From assembly GCF_037042905.1 (NCBI RefSeq), contig NC_087252.1, forward strand, positions 4,404,001 through 4,468,000: a DNA stretch of 64,000 nucleotides, read 5' to 3'. Position 1 is the stretch's first letter. Each line of letters opens with the position of its first letter. Below the pieces are notes generated by a model. It did no database searches. It saw only the letters and a list, made by a program, of their open reading frames with translations, and was not told the origin of the DNA. This stretch comes from Lytechinus pictus. Lineage: Eukaryota. Positions 51,401 through 64,000 of the stretch are shown piece after piece. A program made the translations under genes and the position numbers.

Positions 51401-53886
51401 GAAGTTTATATATTCATTCAGGGGATCACACACAGAAACAATGTTGGGGGAGGGGCTGCGTAGCAGTCCTCCTAAATAGCAAGAAGATCTAGCATGCAAA
51501 ATATTGTTTTGCCCATCTTGAAATTTTTTACTGTAATGCTGCTGTCTGATCAGTTCCATGACATTTCCTCTGGCAACAATTGCTCCGATGGAAAACCTGC
51601 AAGCACCTTAAACCTAACCTCCAAAACTAAATAAAACCTACTCCTTATTTTGACATTATTCTGAAGCAAAAACTCTATAATAAAATCCTAACTATAACCC
51701 TATGCCCTCTTGAGATTAAGGCCAGAGCAATTGTTGCAGGAGCAGATGTCCACATGTTGATCATGATGTGATTAGTTCTCTTTTATAAGTCAAAAAAATT
51801 CATAGAGATACTTCAACAAGTGTCAACATGTTTCTTTATTACTCTCTTCCATTCATAGTTCATTCCAGTAGTTCATTCATAAACATTAGAAAAGGGTATT
51901 GATCTCTCTGTATTTGCTAAAGAGGCAAATTTGTATAGGCCTTTATTTACAGAATGTGGATTGAACTAGTCTTGTCACACAGACACAATTTTGTTTGTCT
52001 TGACTTGATCAAGGAGTTATCAGCACTTGGCATGTTAATTGTATGGGATACAGTGAATAAGTCAAGATTTCAGTTTACAAACATTTTCTAGAAATTTATG
52101 ATGAACATCTTTTAGAAAGCCCCCCCCCCCCCCCCCCCAGACTCTCCCCTTCTTGGTTGCTCCGCTCCCTCGCTAAGTCTACTGCTTTTGCAGTCTTCCA
52201 TGCTGGCAAGTACATGTATGTATGCTGTTGGCCAATCAAATCTCAAAAATTGACTTCATTCCCTTCGGTTTTGCCCTCATTGAACTACCCCACTGGTTCT
52301 TACCCATAGCCATAGCCACAGGCCATAGCCAAGTGACTGAAAATAGACTAATCATCTGGGCCAAGTAAATATTCATATCTAAATGGTATGTGCCTTAAAA
52401 CCCAAGATAACACAACAACAACAGTGGTCTATGGCTTGACACATGAATGTCTGAGATTCAATGCCTGGCCATTTAACACTTTAATAATGCCCTTGAGGAA
52501 GGCTTTTTTGCTGATCCTTGTTATTGATTTATAGCATATATACACATAGGTCAGCCCCAAGGTAAATAAATCATATCTGGGTGCATTTGCATCAAAGTTA
52601 CTGTTATAGTAATTCTACCATCCAATGGTATCTTTCATAGAATCCTTGAATTTGATTGGTTGTTAAGCATCGTCAATTTGGATGGCAAAGTAACTTTTAT
52701 ACAACGGTACATTGATTAATATTTTTATTTGATACACTTATCTGAAAAACCCTAAAAAAGGGCAAGGTGAAGGTCTGATATTAGACTAGACCAAGGTGAA
52801 CTTGTCTAGGGGTGTAAAGTCTCACCTCTCTTCCAAAAACTTGTCCAGACTTGTCACCAACCACATGGCTCCTCCATCAAGACTGCACCATTTTTATTTA
52901 GGGGTGAAGCAAGGGATTGTGAATGGAGGGAATATTTCTTCTCACTAAAACAATGGATTTCTCTATACTTTTGGGGTACTAATTGAGTCATTAGGGATTA
53001 AGCTATGTTCTTACTGTCTAACTCTAGTATTCTGTTTTTATCTGCACTTTTTAAGCCAGTAATATTATATATTTTTTATTCCAATTCTATATTTTTGGTA
53101 AGGTTCTCACCCCAATCCCCTGTTTTAAGGTTGATACTATTAATGATAAGCAATCTTCCAGAGGGCAATGAAAAAAATATACAGCACGTTTCATCAACGT
53201 TGCTTTTCTCCTGTAAACCATGTATTATTGAGCTTTAAGTTTAGGATTAGCTGTCAAAATGCCAGAGTTAACTCACATTTTGAACACTTGGAAAATGTAA
53301 GTATCACAAAATTATGGTTATTTCTTGTTATTTTCAGTCAGTGTTTTAAAATGAAGTTTCAATTGTAGAAGAAGGTATACATTGCCTAAATAAATGCTGT
53401 TCATGTCAGTCAAATGTGTGCTATCAACGGTGTTCACTGCATGGAGTGGGGTAATGACTGAGGTGTGGGTTACATGAATCCTACATTCTTGAAAACTGTT
53501 ATAAGCTACTGAAATCCTTGCATCTGATTGGCTCAGCAGTTTGTCATTGAAAATCTCTAGTAATTAGATGCTTCATGAAACAGTCTCCCAATGAAAGGTA
53601 AGCTGGATTGGCTGCATTTGCTATTGCGTGATAGGAAATCATCTATACTTTTATAACTTATTTTACTATGTAATTTGAACATTACACTAATATAAAACAA
53701 CAGTGCTTAATAACACCAATTCATTGGTGCTGGCCTAATATTTAACACTGGTGTAAAGTGCTTGGTATTGTTTTCTGTAAACACTGGTGACTTAGTCTTC
53801 TCTGTGGAAACTGGTGGTGTGGTGTTAACTCCTCTGTTTTTATGTAGTGTAATTATGGGTGTTGTACCTGACTTGGCAGGTGCTAT

Positions 53887-54051
53887 ACCTTGGTCACATT
53901 TGCTCTACGGCGGCCGTTTGGCGAGTCGAAAACAGCCGTTTTATTTATTTTAATTCAAACCACCTATATGTATATGGTTGGTACCAAAAAAAATTTAAAC
54001 GGCTGTTTTCGACTCGCCGTACGGCCGCCGTAGAGCAAATGTGACCAAGGT
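53887..54051. mobile_element. Short MITE with perfect 30 bp TIRs
   Basis: accttggtcacatttgctctacggcggccgt ... acggccgccgtagagcaaatgtgaccaaggt; partial copy at about 22463-22603. Confidence 0.85.
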
Positions 54052-55920
54052 ATAAATACACCTTTGGAGGGGAAGTAGACCAGGAAGGGATGCCAGAAGA
54101 GATTGTTGAATTTATTTCCTTTATTTCATCAGTTTTTTATCTTAAATCCAGGTGGACTGCTTGTGAGATTGCTCAGTGTGCAGTTACTAATTATAAAGGT
54201 GGTTTTAAACATACCTGTTTTATATAATCCCATTGCATACACAACAATTACAACAGGTTTTGAATTTGTTTGTGATCTGTTTTAATTTGAAAGACGATGC
54301 AGTGACATTAACTTTAGACATCAACGGAAAGTTTGATTATCTTAAACATATAGCCGATGATTTCCACTGACCATTTATTATTTAAGCTACCAAATTATTT
54401 GTATCTAAATAAAAACTCAAAACAATATAGTCAGTGTAAAATCACTGACCATTTCTTTCATGAAATACCCCCCCCCCCCCCTCCTGGAATGTCAGTAATT
54501 AAAAGCTCTGTCACATCGTTCCAAGCAACCATTGCGGGAGACAGCTGGCAGCCGTCTGTTTCGAGGAGTTTTTTAATTTTTTTTTTTTTTTCTCCTCGTA
54601 CACAGACGGCTCGCTATCGTGCAGCCACCATTAGGGGGTTAACAATGCAAAATCCCCCGATGGGGCTCATCGATTTTTGTCTTTATTTCATAAAAATATA
54701 TAAAAAGAACTGTACCAAAAAAATATTATTCCGTTTTGGCCTGAAATGCACCAAAACATGGAAAAATTAAAAGGGGAAAAAACAGTGACTTACTTCAGCT
54801 GTCGCGCAACTTCACTTCCCTGTTTTATCCGAACTTAATACATAAACATATGGCCATTGAGTCCCCTGTACAGGTCGAGCTAGAACTTTGGTCTCTGTAT
54901 TTTGGTGAGTGGAGCCAACGGAGTTTAGCGGAACAACCAACATAACAGAGACCGAAGCTTTTGGTCTACCATTGCGGGTGAATTGCGGGCAATCGCCCGC
55001 AGCAAAGTTTTAAGCATGTTCAAAAGTTTTCTGCGTCCAAATTAAACTTGCGTGCAGCCGTGTGATTCTGCGGGCACTGCGTATGAGATACATGTACAGC
55101 GAGATACTGTCAATGTGGGCGATCTGCGGGTAGCAAATATAGCCACCCGGGCCCTCAAGGTTTGCACGGAAGGATGTGACAGGGCCTTAAATGGCATCAT
55201 TTATATAATTACAGGGTATGTCTTCTATTGGACAAAAAATTCACATTCATTATCGCTTTTTTATCTTCTTCTGAATTCCAGACCAAATAATTTGAAATAA
55301 GCAAAGTAAGAAAGGAATTGATGCCGTAACATTTTAGAACAATAGGCTTATAAATGAATGCAGTAGGCCTATTTAATACTTCATTTTGTAAATTTCTCTA
55401 AGAATATGCCTGAATTAGTACTTAGCTTGTATGTCTGATTTCCTTGAAAAAGAAAATTGTAACTTTCATTTTGTGACTTCCTGTGGGGAATTCTGACGAG
55501 GTTACTTTCATCTCTAGCTTCATTTCCTGTTCAGCCCTAGAATCAATTTAAATAATCATTACGTGTGAGTTTTGTTATGAATTCAACTAATATTTGTTCA
55601 GGAAAATCTTTTGAAAAATATAAAATCTATGGCCTGTATTTCCGAGGAGTGATTTCACGTGTACCAAGGACAATGCAGATTTCTTGGATATCTCGTTTGA
55701 ATTTACATGTAGTACCCTTTGCTATAAAAAACATGATATTTTTACTTTTCTAGTTTGTATTTAAAATGCAATGTAATAAGCCTAATTATGTACACAAAAT
55801 GTGCATAGTACATGGTTTTGTACCATGGGACAACTGAAACCTTGTGAGAATGCAGGCCTACGACATACGTATGTGTATATTTTTTTTCAAAGCAATGGGG
55901 TATTATACAAAATACTTTAA

Positions 55921-56409
55921 AAGAGAAATTCACTCTGAAGAAAATTTTATTGTAAAAGTAGAAAAAATAATTTAAAATATTGGTGAAGGTTTGAGGAAAA
56001 TCCATTAAAGATTAAGAAAGTTATTAGAGTTTTAAGTTTTAGATTTGTAACGTCATAAACCAGCAGCTGCCTCATACGTTATGTAATATAGAATACATAA
56101 ATTTCATTTTTTTTTTAAATGGCTCGTGATGACTTTTTTTTGTTTTCTTTTTAAATGATTTGTCTATTGATATACTGAAGGTACAGTAATAACCATTTAA
56201 ATTTTTCTGAGAAAATGACATTTCGTTCATTTTGTTGCCATGCGATATGTAGAATAGCTGTTCGCATACATGACGTCACAAATCAAAAAAATAAAATTCT
56301 AATTTTTTTATTCTTTGATTGATTTTTCTCAAACCTTTGGCAATATTTTTTATTATTTTTTCTGAGCACTATGTTTACAAGCAACTTTTTGTCAGGGTGA
56401 ACATCCCTT
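55921..56409. mobile_element. TTAA-flanked MITE family A, second copy
   Basis: Aligns with 6249-6733 (aaaatattggtgaaggtttgaggaaaatccatt..., tgacgtcacaaatcaaa...); TTAA on both sides. Confidence 0.85.
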
Positions 56410-57894
56410 TTAATTATAATTTACATGGGAAACATACTCACTGGTAGATGTTTTAAATGATTTTCCATGGTAAAGTAATGTTTGAGACTTTGAGGGGCAA
56501 GTCGGACAAATTGTCCTTTTCAATAGAGGTCTTGTATGAATTTTCCCCTGGTCTACAGATTTCAAAATTTTGCAAACTTTTATCAAGATCCTGTTTTCTG
56601 CAAAGTTTGTATATCATCCCCAAATTATTACCAGGAAATTTTTATTGTTAAAAACTATCGGCTCGCTGCTTCCTTTTCCTCTCCCCCCCAAAAATGGAGC
56701 TAAAAAATAAAGATAAGTGACTTTCTTTGAAGGAAGTAAGCCTGGATGTCAACCCATGTCTGATAAGACTTGTTATCCTGCTAATACTCTGGTTTTTATT
56801 ATTGGTCCCACTGATATAGAGAAAGGATCAGATTTATAATTCCAGGAAGAGTTCCCCCCCCCCCCCATCCCCTCCTTACCCTTTTGAACTGAGAGCTAAA
56901 TTAAAAGTTATATTAAGTTATTCATTATATCTATCTGTGGAAAATGGAAATATAAAGCTACCCTCTTTAAGAAATTAAAGGGTGGAAAGGGGTAAAATCA
57001 CCCGTTAAATGGGCTGAGTGATGTCCAGCATTTTTAGTAATTGGTTGAAAATGCTCTCACTCCTCATGCCCTTTCCACCCTTTTCACCTTTTGTGTATGT
57101 AGAGTGTAATTAGGTCCATGGAAGGGGTGGATCCAGTGGGGGCATTTTCCCAATTAAAAGCAAAAAAAAGGTGGAAAAAAAAGTTTTCACATAAAATTGA
57201 AGGTCATTTTGTCCGTGGAAAATTTGATAAGCAAAAAAAAAGGGGGGGGTCCTCACTTTCAAAATGGAGGGGGCACACTTGGAGAAAATACAGTATATTT
57301 ACATTACTAATTTTCATTATGGCTCTCAAAATGGGGAGGGGCACGGGCTGTCTGTGCACCCCTCCCTGGATCTGCCACTGGTTCATGGTATAATCAGGGG
57401 TGTGAGAGTTCAGATTTTTATCTGATTTCAGATTTTTCGTTTTGATTTTCAGCTTAATTTCAGCTTATTTTTGGCCTTCCTCTGTACAAAATGTATGGGA
57501 GCTCTTTCTATTTCACACTTTTTCAACACTCTTCAGCTTTTTTAAGATCTTTTTATTTGTGACCACTCCTCTGTATAATGGAGAGGCATAAGTATTTTTT
57601 CATAATTGAGCAAGCACAAAGTCTGTGAAGGATGTTTGTTTCAGAGACTATACAATGAATATTCATGAATCATAAAAATATAAATAAATTTGTGACACCT
57701 TATCCTAATGACGCAGTGGTATCATGCTTGCACATTATTGGCAAGGTTTCATGTTCAAATTCCAGTGCAGGCACAAACTTACAATGAAATTCCCTTCTGT
57801 TTGATGAGAAGCAAGGTAAATTCAGAGAAAATACAATTCCCTCTTGTATACTTTTCCAAGTTTTCTAACAGAGTTCTTAGCTCACTGGACTGTA

Positions 57895-58285
57895 GGCGGT
57901 GCTGCACCATCCCGAGTTAGCTCAATCTCGAGATTTTAGCCCGATCGGCCCTCTTCGCGATTAATCTCAAGAAACCCCGTCTCCACCATTGCAAGAAGAG
58001 CGATTCCTGCTCGAGCGAGGCATCGATGCATTATGGTCTGACGCCGTGAATGAATAATCCCGAGTGCGTCTGCACCTACAAATTAGCGCGATAATTCGTA
58101 AAATAGCGCGCTATTTTGCAAATAATCCCAAGTTGACTTGGGATTGCAATCTCGAGATTAATCCTATGAATTAGCGCGATAATTGCGTCTCCATTGCAAA
58201 TAATCTCGAGATTGTTCAGATTGGGATAATTTGCCGGATCAGAAATAGCGCGCTAATTTGAAAACTCGGGATGGTGCAGATGGCC
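57895..58285. mobile_element. MITE-like TIR element, CpG-rich
   Basis: ctgcaccatcccgagtt ... aactcgggatggtgcag with internal aatctcgagatt and tagcgcg repeats. Confidence 0.75.
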
Positions 58286-59504
58286 CTTGTGAGTCTACTG
58301 GACTCAAGTCTACCAGCTGTGTCCAACTTTTCATTGGAATTGAATAAAAATCCTATACCATAATAATATATTGTAATTCTAAAGTGCTTTACATACTGTG
58401 TCTATGATATCACTTTCCAAAATATTAAATAATTAATTGGCAATTTCATGAAAATAACCCCCCCCCAAAAAAAAAAAAATAATAATAATGAAAAATAAAA
58501 ACACACCTAAGTGACCTAACAGTATAAAGTGGCATTATTTTCACAAAATTGCAATATATAATCAGCCTACAAAAGTAGGAAATACAAAATGGTACAAATG
58601 TATGTAATTATTATGTTCGTTCAACGGCGGGATTATTTGAATTATAAAAAAAAAAGATGAATAAAATGAAAGACATGACTGGTAATATTGATTGTCAAAT
58701 ACAAGGAAATAAACCTTGATATGAGGTTAGGCCTAGGGCTTTCTTATAAGAATTTCACTCATGATAATTGTGATATAAATACATGTAATTTTGATTATAG
58801 TCCATTTGTTGATTATCTTCATCAATTAATATTATAGTAAAAAATTTATTGACAATTAATTTTGAAATATGATAAACAAATTAACTTTCATAATACATGT
58901 ACAGGTAGTATGTCATTGATTAGCCAGCTGAAGCTGAATAAAATGTGCTTAAAATATGTAAAATTATAGTTGAATATCATGATGTTTTATGTTAAATTAA
59001 TTAGTTTTACATATATTTTTTCATTATTTTACCGTTTTGAGGAGATTTGTGGAATTTTTTAGGGGATTTTTTTTTCTTTTTTTAAGGCTCGATCTGGCCC
59101 CTTTTTATATTGATCCAATCAACCACAACTATGGAAAGCCAGCACCATTAGCATCTAAAATGATTTTTTTTTTCTAGATGTGATGTATGTATTCATACAT
59201 TCATTGATGTCTATTCAGTGTGCTCCTCTGTTCTTACAAGGACTATTGTGCAAATTTCCTGAAGAAGAAAAAATGATGACATTGATGTATTTCCATACAG
59301 TTCAGGTTGATCAGATCAATCATAACTCTTTGCTGGCGAGGCCTTAGTGTACAATTATCTTGGATCATACTCATGATTAGTGTCTTATCATTAATGTCTG
59401 CTGGTCTTATGGAGATCTTTATTGGAGGAGGAAGTTGAAGGTGTTTCCTTAGAATGATACAAATCTCTTCCTCCACCAACACCAAGAAACTTATGGAGTT
59501 TTGC

Positions 59505-60144
59505 TCATGCATATTCATGAAGGGCTATCAACTCTGCATCTGATTGGCCCACTGAAGTTCCAGGCCACACTTCCTCATGACTAGCCACGTTGCTACAGAC
59601 TCCCCATTGGCCCATTGTTGCACACTGCACAGGGCATCCAAGTGTATTGCATATTCAGTAGTCCATACTGCTCTGTGTGCCTCGCATACACCAGTGTGTG
59701 TGGCTCCCGCACTCATGAATATCGATCAGGGAGGTTTCCCCTCATTGGGTATGCAGCTTGCTGGCTCATGAATATTAATGAAGTGAAGTTGCTTTCTGTT
59801 GGGTGATTGGGTGACTCACGAATCACTTGGTGAGTCACAGAGGGTGTATGATGCATTGGCCTATATATAGCACCTAGCCTGCCTGGACAAGCATTATCAA
59901 TTCTCTGCTGTATGTAGCCAATGCTACACGTTGGAAGCTCTCTCACTCCAATTTTGATCTCATTTCGGAGTTGGTTTTTGTGGAATCCAGAGGTGTTGGG
60001 TCAAAACTCTTCCTTTTATCATCTTGGAAAAATGGCCACCTTCATTTTCCAGTGCAGTGGATACCTGTCGCACTTTGGATCTCATATTTTGATAGAATTT
60101 CCACCAACATGATGTAATATATTCACTATGTTACAGAGGTAAGT
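59505..60144 (+). promoter_or_regulatory. Putative Pol II promoter and first exon inside POLR2H intron 2
   Basis: Several ATTGG (reverse CCAAT) boxes; TGACTCA (59812) and TGAGTCA (59831) AP-1-type sites; TATATATAG at 59862; Inr-like sequence about 30-37 nt downstream; consensus donor gag|gtaagt at 60139. Confidence 0.4.
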
Positions 60145-63091
60145 TGGATTGCGCAATCACTTGTTTTTTATCTGCAATACTTGTTTGTTCAAAACCTCTG
60201 TTCTATTCTACCTGTCGAGGTCAGCCCATTTTATTTGGTCCTTGTCCTAATTTACAGGTATTTGTTACCCAACATTGACCATACTTTGTCGGAAATATGT
60301 TTATTTTTTATAGTTTTCAACTTATTTATATGCACCAGTACATCAGGACTGTCCAAATTCCTTTTGTAAATCTAGATCTACTTACAATATTTTTTCTTAG
60401 GTTGTAGAATTTAAAATTCCAATGATTTTTTCTTATTCATTGTCATGATTTTATTTCAATATTTGATAATCTAGTAAGTTTGCATTTTAATAAGATATGG
60501 GTTTATTTGTAACAGACTCCGCATGCGGTCAGTTGTTTTGCAGAATATCTTGTGATAAAAAAATAAGAAATAGACTTGATAGTACCCAACTCTCTATTCT
60601 GAACTCCTGGTAAATTACAGCTTTAAAAATAAAATATCAAAGGCTTTGTTTCTTCAGCTCAGATGGAATTCCTATCCCTACTTCATGCACTTCTAACTTC
60701 TATCATGATAACTTTTATTTGTGCATTGGACTTCAATGTTATTCAATAGGCCTGATTACTTGTAGAATAATTTCAAATTTTCATAAAGTTTGTAGTTGAA
60801 TTAGATTATGGCATACATTTAATTGAAATAGATCTGGGGGCACTGGTGCAATTTTGCATTGTCTGAAAATGCAAATGATTTATTTTTTGGGAAAACAGCT
60901 TTGAACTAATTATTTTGTAGATTAGTGTTCCTTTTAAACCTTCAAACCAAGCAGATTTCTATAGTTCTCATATGTAAAATAGGGCTTAGGCTGCATTCCA
61001 ATTCTCTTGTTTTAAAGAATAATTTCTGTATTAAAACTTTAACAATGGAATAGGCCTAAATTATTAAAATCACTTCAGCAATGTACTTTGATGCTAAATT
61101 GATAATAAATATTTGTTTTGTTTTGTTTGTTTTTGTTGTTTTTTGTTTTGTTTTTGCTTATTATCATGGACCTACTAGGCAATTATATTTTGGGCATGTA
61201 CTTCAAAAGTTCCTACATTAGTTCATCTTCAAAAACTTAAACAAAGGCAAAAGAAAAACAAATTGTTTAATACAATGCATATTTGGAGTAGAAAGCTCTG
61301 TACACTATTTAAAAAAGATACTCGGCAAAATGCCCTAGTATATGGCAAATTTGCATACATACATGTAATTTCTAATTAGGCCCTATACATGTACATTACC
61401 AAATGGTTAACCCATCAGCCAACGATATCTACATAATACTATTAGGGCTGGGGGCATGAGCATGTTTTACAGGACAGTTAAAATGCTATCTAATATTATG
61501 AGGGGGTCGCCTCGGGGCAAAATTATGTTTTTCCTAATTCATACATCTTTCTTTGTTTGATATGTCTGCCTTCATGAAATGATATCTGATAGCTTACCAC
61601 ATGGTTCTGTTCACATCTGAGATCCTTGATCTCAAATATAGGGGTACACTTCACATCGTGTTTTCACGAGAAAGAGCAAGATCTTCTACCAGCATAAAAA
61701 ATAAGTGTATCAAATGACTTCATGGGTACATAAAGATAGGGGTAGATTGATTGAAGCAACAAATTTATGTAGTAGCTCACTCTGCCTACTCTTTTTATCT
61801 TTTGTGCATTTTGATATATAAGGGTAGTAGTCCTATATGACTGACATACTGTTTATTCTGTACAAATTCAGCTTGCTATGTATTTATATAAAACTGCCAT
61901 TGAAGTTTTGCCGTATGTGAATATTTGATCTGGCCAAGATAAATTCTTGTTTTTAAATCCATATGAGATTTGAATAGGCATCAGGTATTGGGGACAAGTT
62001 ACTTTATCATGTTACAATAGAGGTCTGTGTTTGTATCTTTATGATATTTACTTGGCCTCTTGTTCTTGAAATAACCAACAATTATTTTATGTTCAAGTGA
62101 ATGTGAAGCAGTCATAGATTTTTTTATGATTGATTGCATTGACTACAATGTACAATTAATGGTGAAAACCAAGCGCACGATTAACCATCAACCTTACGAA
62201 CCACTGGTCTTGATATAAAGCGAACAGGCCACATCCTACACCCCACCCCATCCTTATATTTTACATTATTGGGGGTGGGGATATGATTGGGATTTCTTCT
62301 TTAACGCCAGCGCCCCATATCATTGAAGCTTTTTCAGCAAATGATGATCATTTTTATGTTTGATCATCGATAATTATCAGTGCAATCAGTCTTTGTATTC
62401 AATCCTGTGATCATTGCTAGGCTCTTATATGGTAAATGCTCAAGATATGTGATGATGATGGATGATATACACACCAAAAAGATGTTAGGAGCAGATCCTG
62501 TTCAAATTACCAGTCAATATTTTTAGAAATATCAGCCAAGCTGTACCAATCAAACTTTATAAGAGAAAAGGATTGATTAAATTCTGTATATTAAACAGAA
62601 AATGCTGCATTTTGCCTTGTGACATATACAAATATATAATACGGTCTTCTGAGAATATTCCCCTTTTTAATCATACAATCAAAAGAATCATCATAACCTA
62701 TTCATACTGAGATATTTAAGGAATTTCTCTTTTGTCCTTTGCTTTTATTGTGTATTGTTACCATGGTGATCTGTGTAGGTGTATGTGCGAACCAGTAACA
62801 GTTTGTCGGTGGAATGTGAACAATTTTGACTTCTTTGTTCTCCCCCAAAAAAGTGAAAAGTTATTAAAGTACAAACCACCACAGGGCAACTATTCATTAT
62901 TTCATTTTGAAGGTAACATTGTGATGTTATTTCTTTTGTGATCCTTCATGACATTGTTGGCTTTTAATTTTGTCTGCAAAGTTCATTCATGCATATATTA
63001 TTTATATATATTTTTTGTCCTTATTTATGTTTTGGTATTAAGCAAACAGAAAAAAATGTGGTTGGGTGTTATTTTTTCATTTGCTCTTTAA

Positions 63092-63674
63092 AGGAGAATG
63101 AAACTCTTGGAGCAAGTTAGCTTTTGTGAAAGCAGAAAAATCAAAGAATAAGATCAACAAAAGTTTGAGTAAAATAGGACTAGCAATAGAAGAGTTATGA
63201 GCATTTGAATGTCGAGATCACTAATGCTATGGAGATCCTCCCATTGGCAATGCGACCAAGATCTATGATGTCACAGATGAACAACTCTCCCCTTTTGGAC
63301 ACTGAAAATATACCCCAAAACATCTCTTTTTGCTCATTCTAATCATATGACAAACGATTCATCAATGATATAATGTTGTGAAACCTCTGTACTTGTCCTC
63401 TCATAAAGAGAACACCTCACCTAGTGATAAACTCTATAAAAATGAGAATATAAGTGAAATAAGTACTAAAGTAATAAGGGAGTTGTCCGTGTGTGACATC
63501 ACAGATCTTGGTCGCATTGCCAATGGGGGATCTATATGGCATTAGTGATCTCAATATTCAAATGCTCATAACTTTCTTATTATTCATTCAATCTTCCTCA
63601 AACTTTCAACAATATGTTTCTTTTATTTTTCTCTTTGATATGGATTCAGCTGGTTTCAAGGGTTTCATTCTCCT
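63092..63674. mobile_element. TTAA-flanked MITE family C, second copy
   Basis: Almost base-for-base match to 28399-28980, same orientation, TTAA on both sides. Confidence 0.92.
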
Positions 63675-64000
63675 TTAAAGTTGATCCTTCACTTTGATTA
63701 AATGCTTTTTCCCTTCCTAAAAAAATAAATTTTAACACACACCTCATGTATAGCCCCCATCACACTTATTCGGAATCAGCAGGAATCAAGCAGAAGCTGG
63801 AAAGAAAAAAATATTAAAAAAATCTAGACATTTTTGGGAGGAACTTATGAATTCACCAAACTGGAGTTGAAATTCAGTAAATTGACCATGTGTATCATCA
63901 TACACTAGTCAAAATGAACCGCAATGGAGTCAGATTGATAATTCGTGCTACGTTCTTGGACATTCTAGGGACATTCTAAATATCCTGACTGCATTCTGAG

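Noticed and set aside
61985..62030. GDK-like codons after an AG as a candidate POLR2H exon 3
   Set aside because: It translates as GIGDKLLYHV, not GDKFRLVI, and has no pyrimidine tract.

Overview
AT-rich, intron- and repeat-rich animal genomic DNA, most likely an echinoderm or similar marine deuterostome (inferred from the SINE, MITE and Penelope repertoire). Two + strand genes are visible. (1) About 1.0-23.4 kb holds a spliced NLR-like gene whose 5' end lies outside the window. Its phase-compatible exons read hydrophobic segment, EGF, calcium-binding-type EGF, EGF, then a single-exon NACHT domain with intact Walker A/B, a low-complexity linker and degenerate LRR-like exons. No membrane-spanning segment is visible between the last EGF and the NACHT, and there is an apparent frame break near 20.0-20.15 kb. 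(2) The first two coding exons of POLR2H/RPB8 (24432-24504, 49044-49127) are separated by a 24.5 kb intron; exon 3 was not found in the window. The introns carry Penelope-like retroelements (two near-identical RT/GIY-YIG copies plus an older unrelated remnant), four distinct minimal hammerhead-ribozyme-type motifs, tRNA-derived SINEs, many TTAA- and TAA-flanked MITEs and microsatellites. A compact promoter-like cluster followed by a consensus splice donor lies at about 59.5-60.1 kb. The most unusual item is the membrane-anchor/EGF-NACHT-LRR architecture. All calls were made by eye, without database searches.
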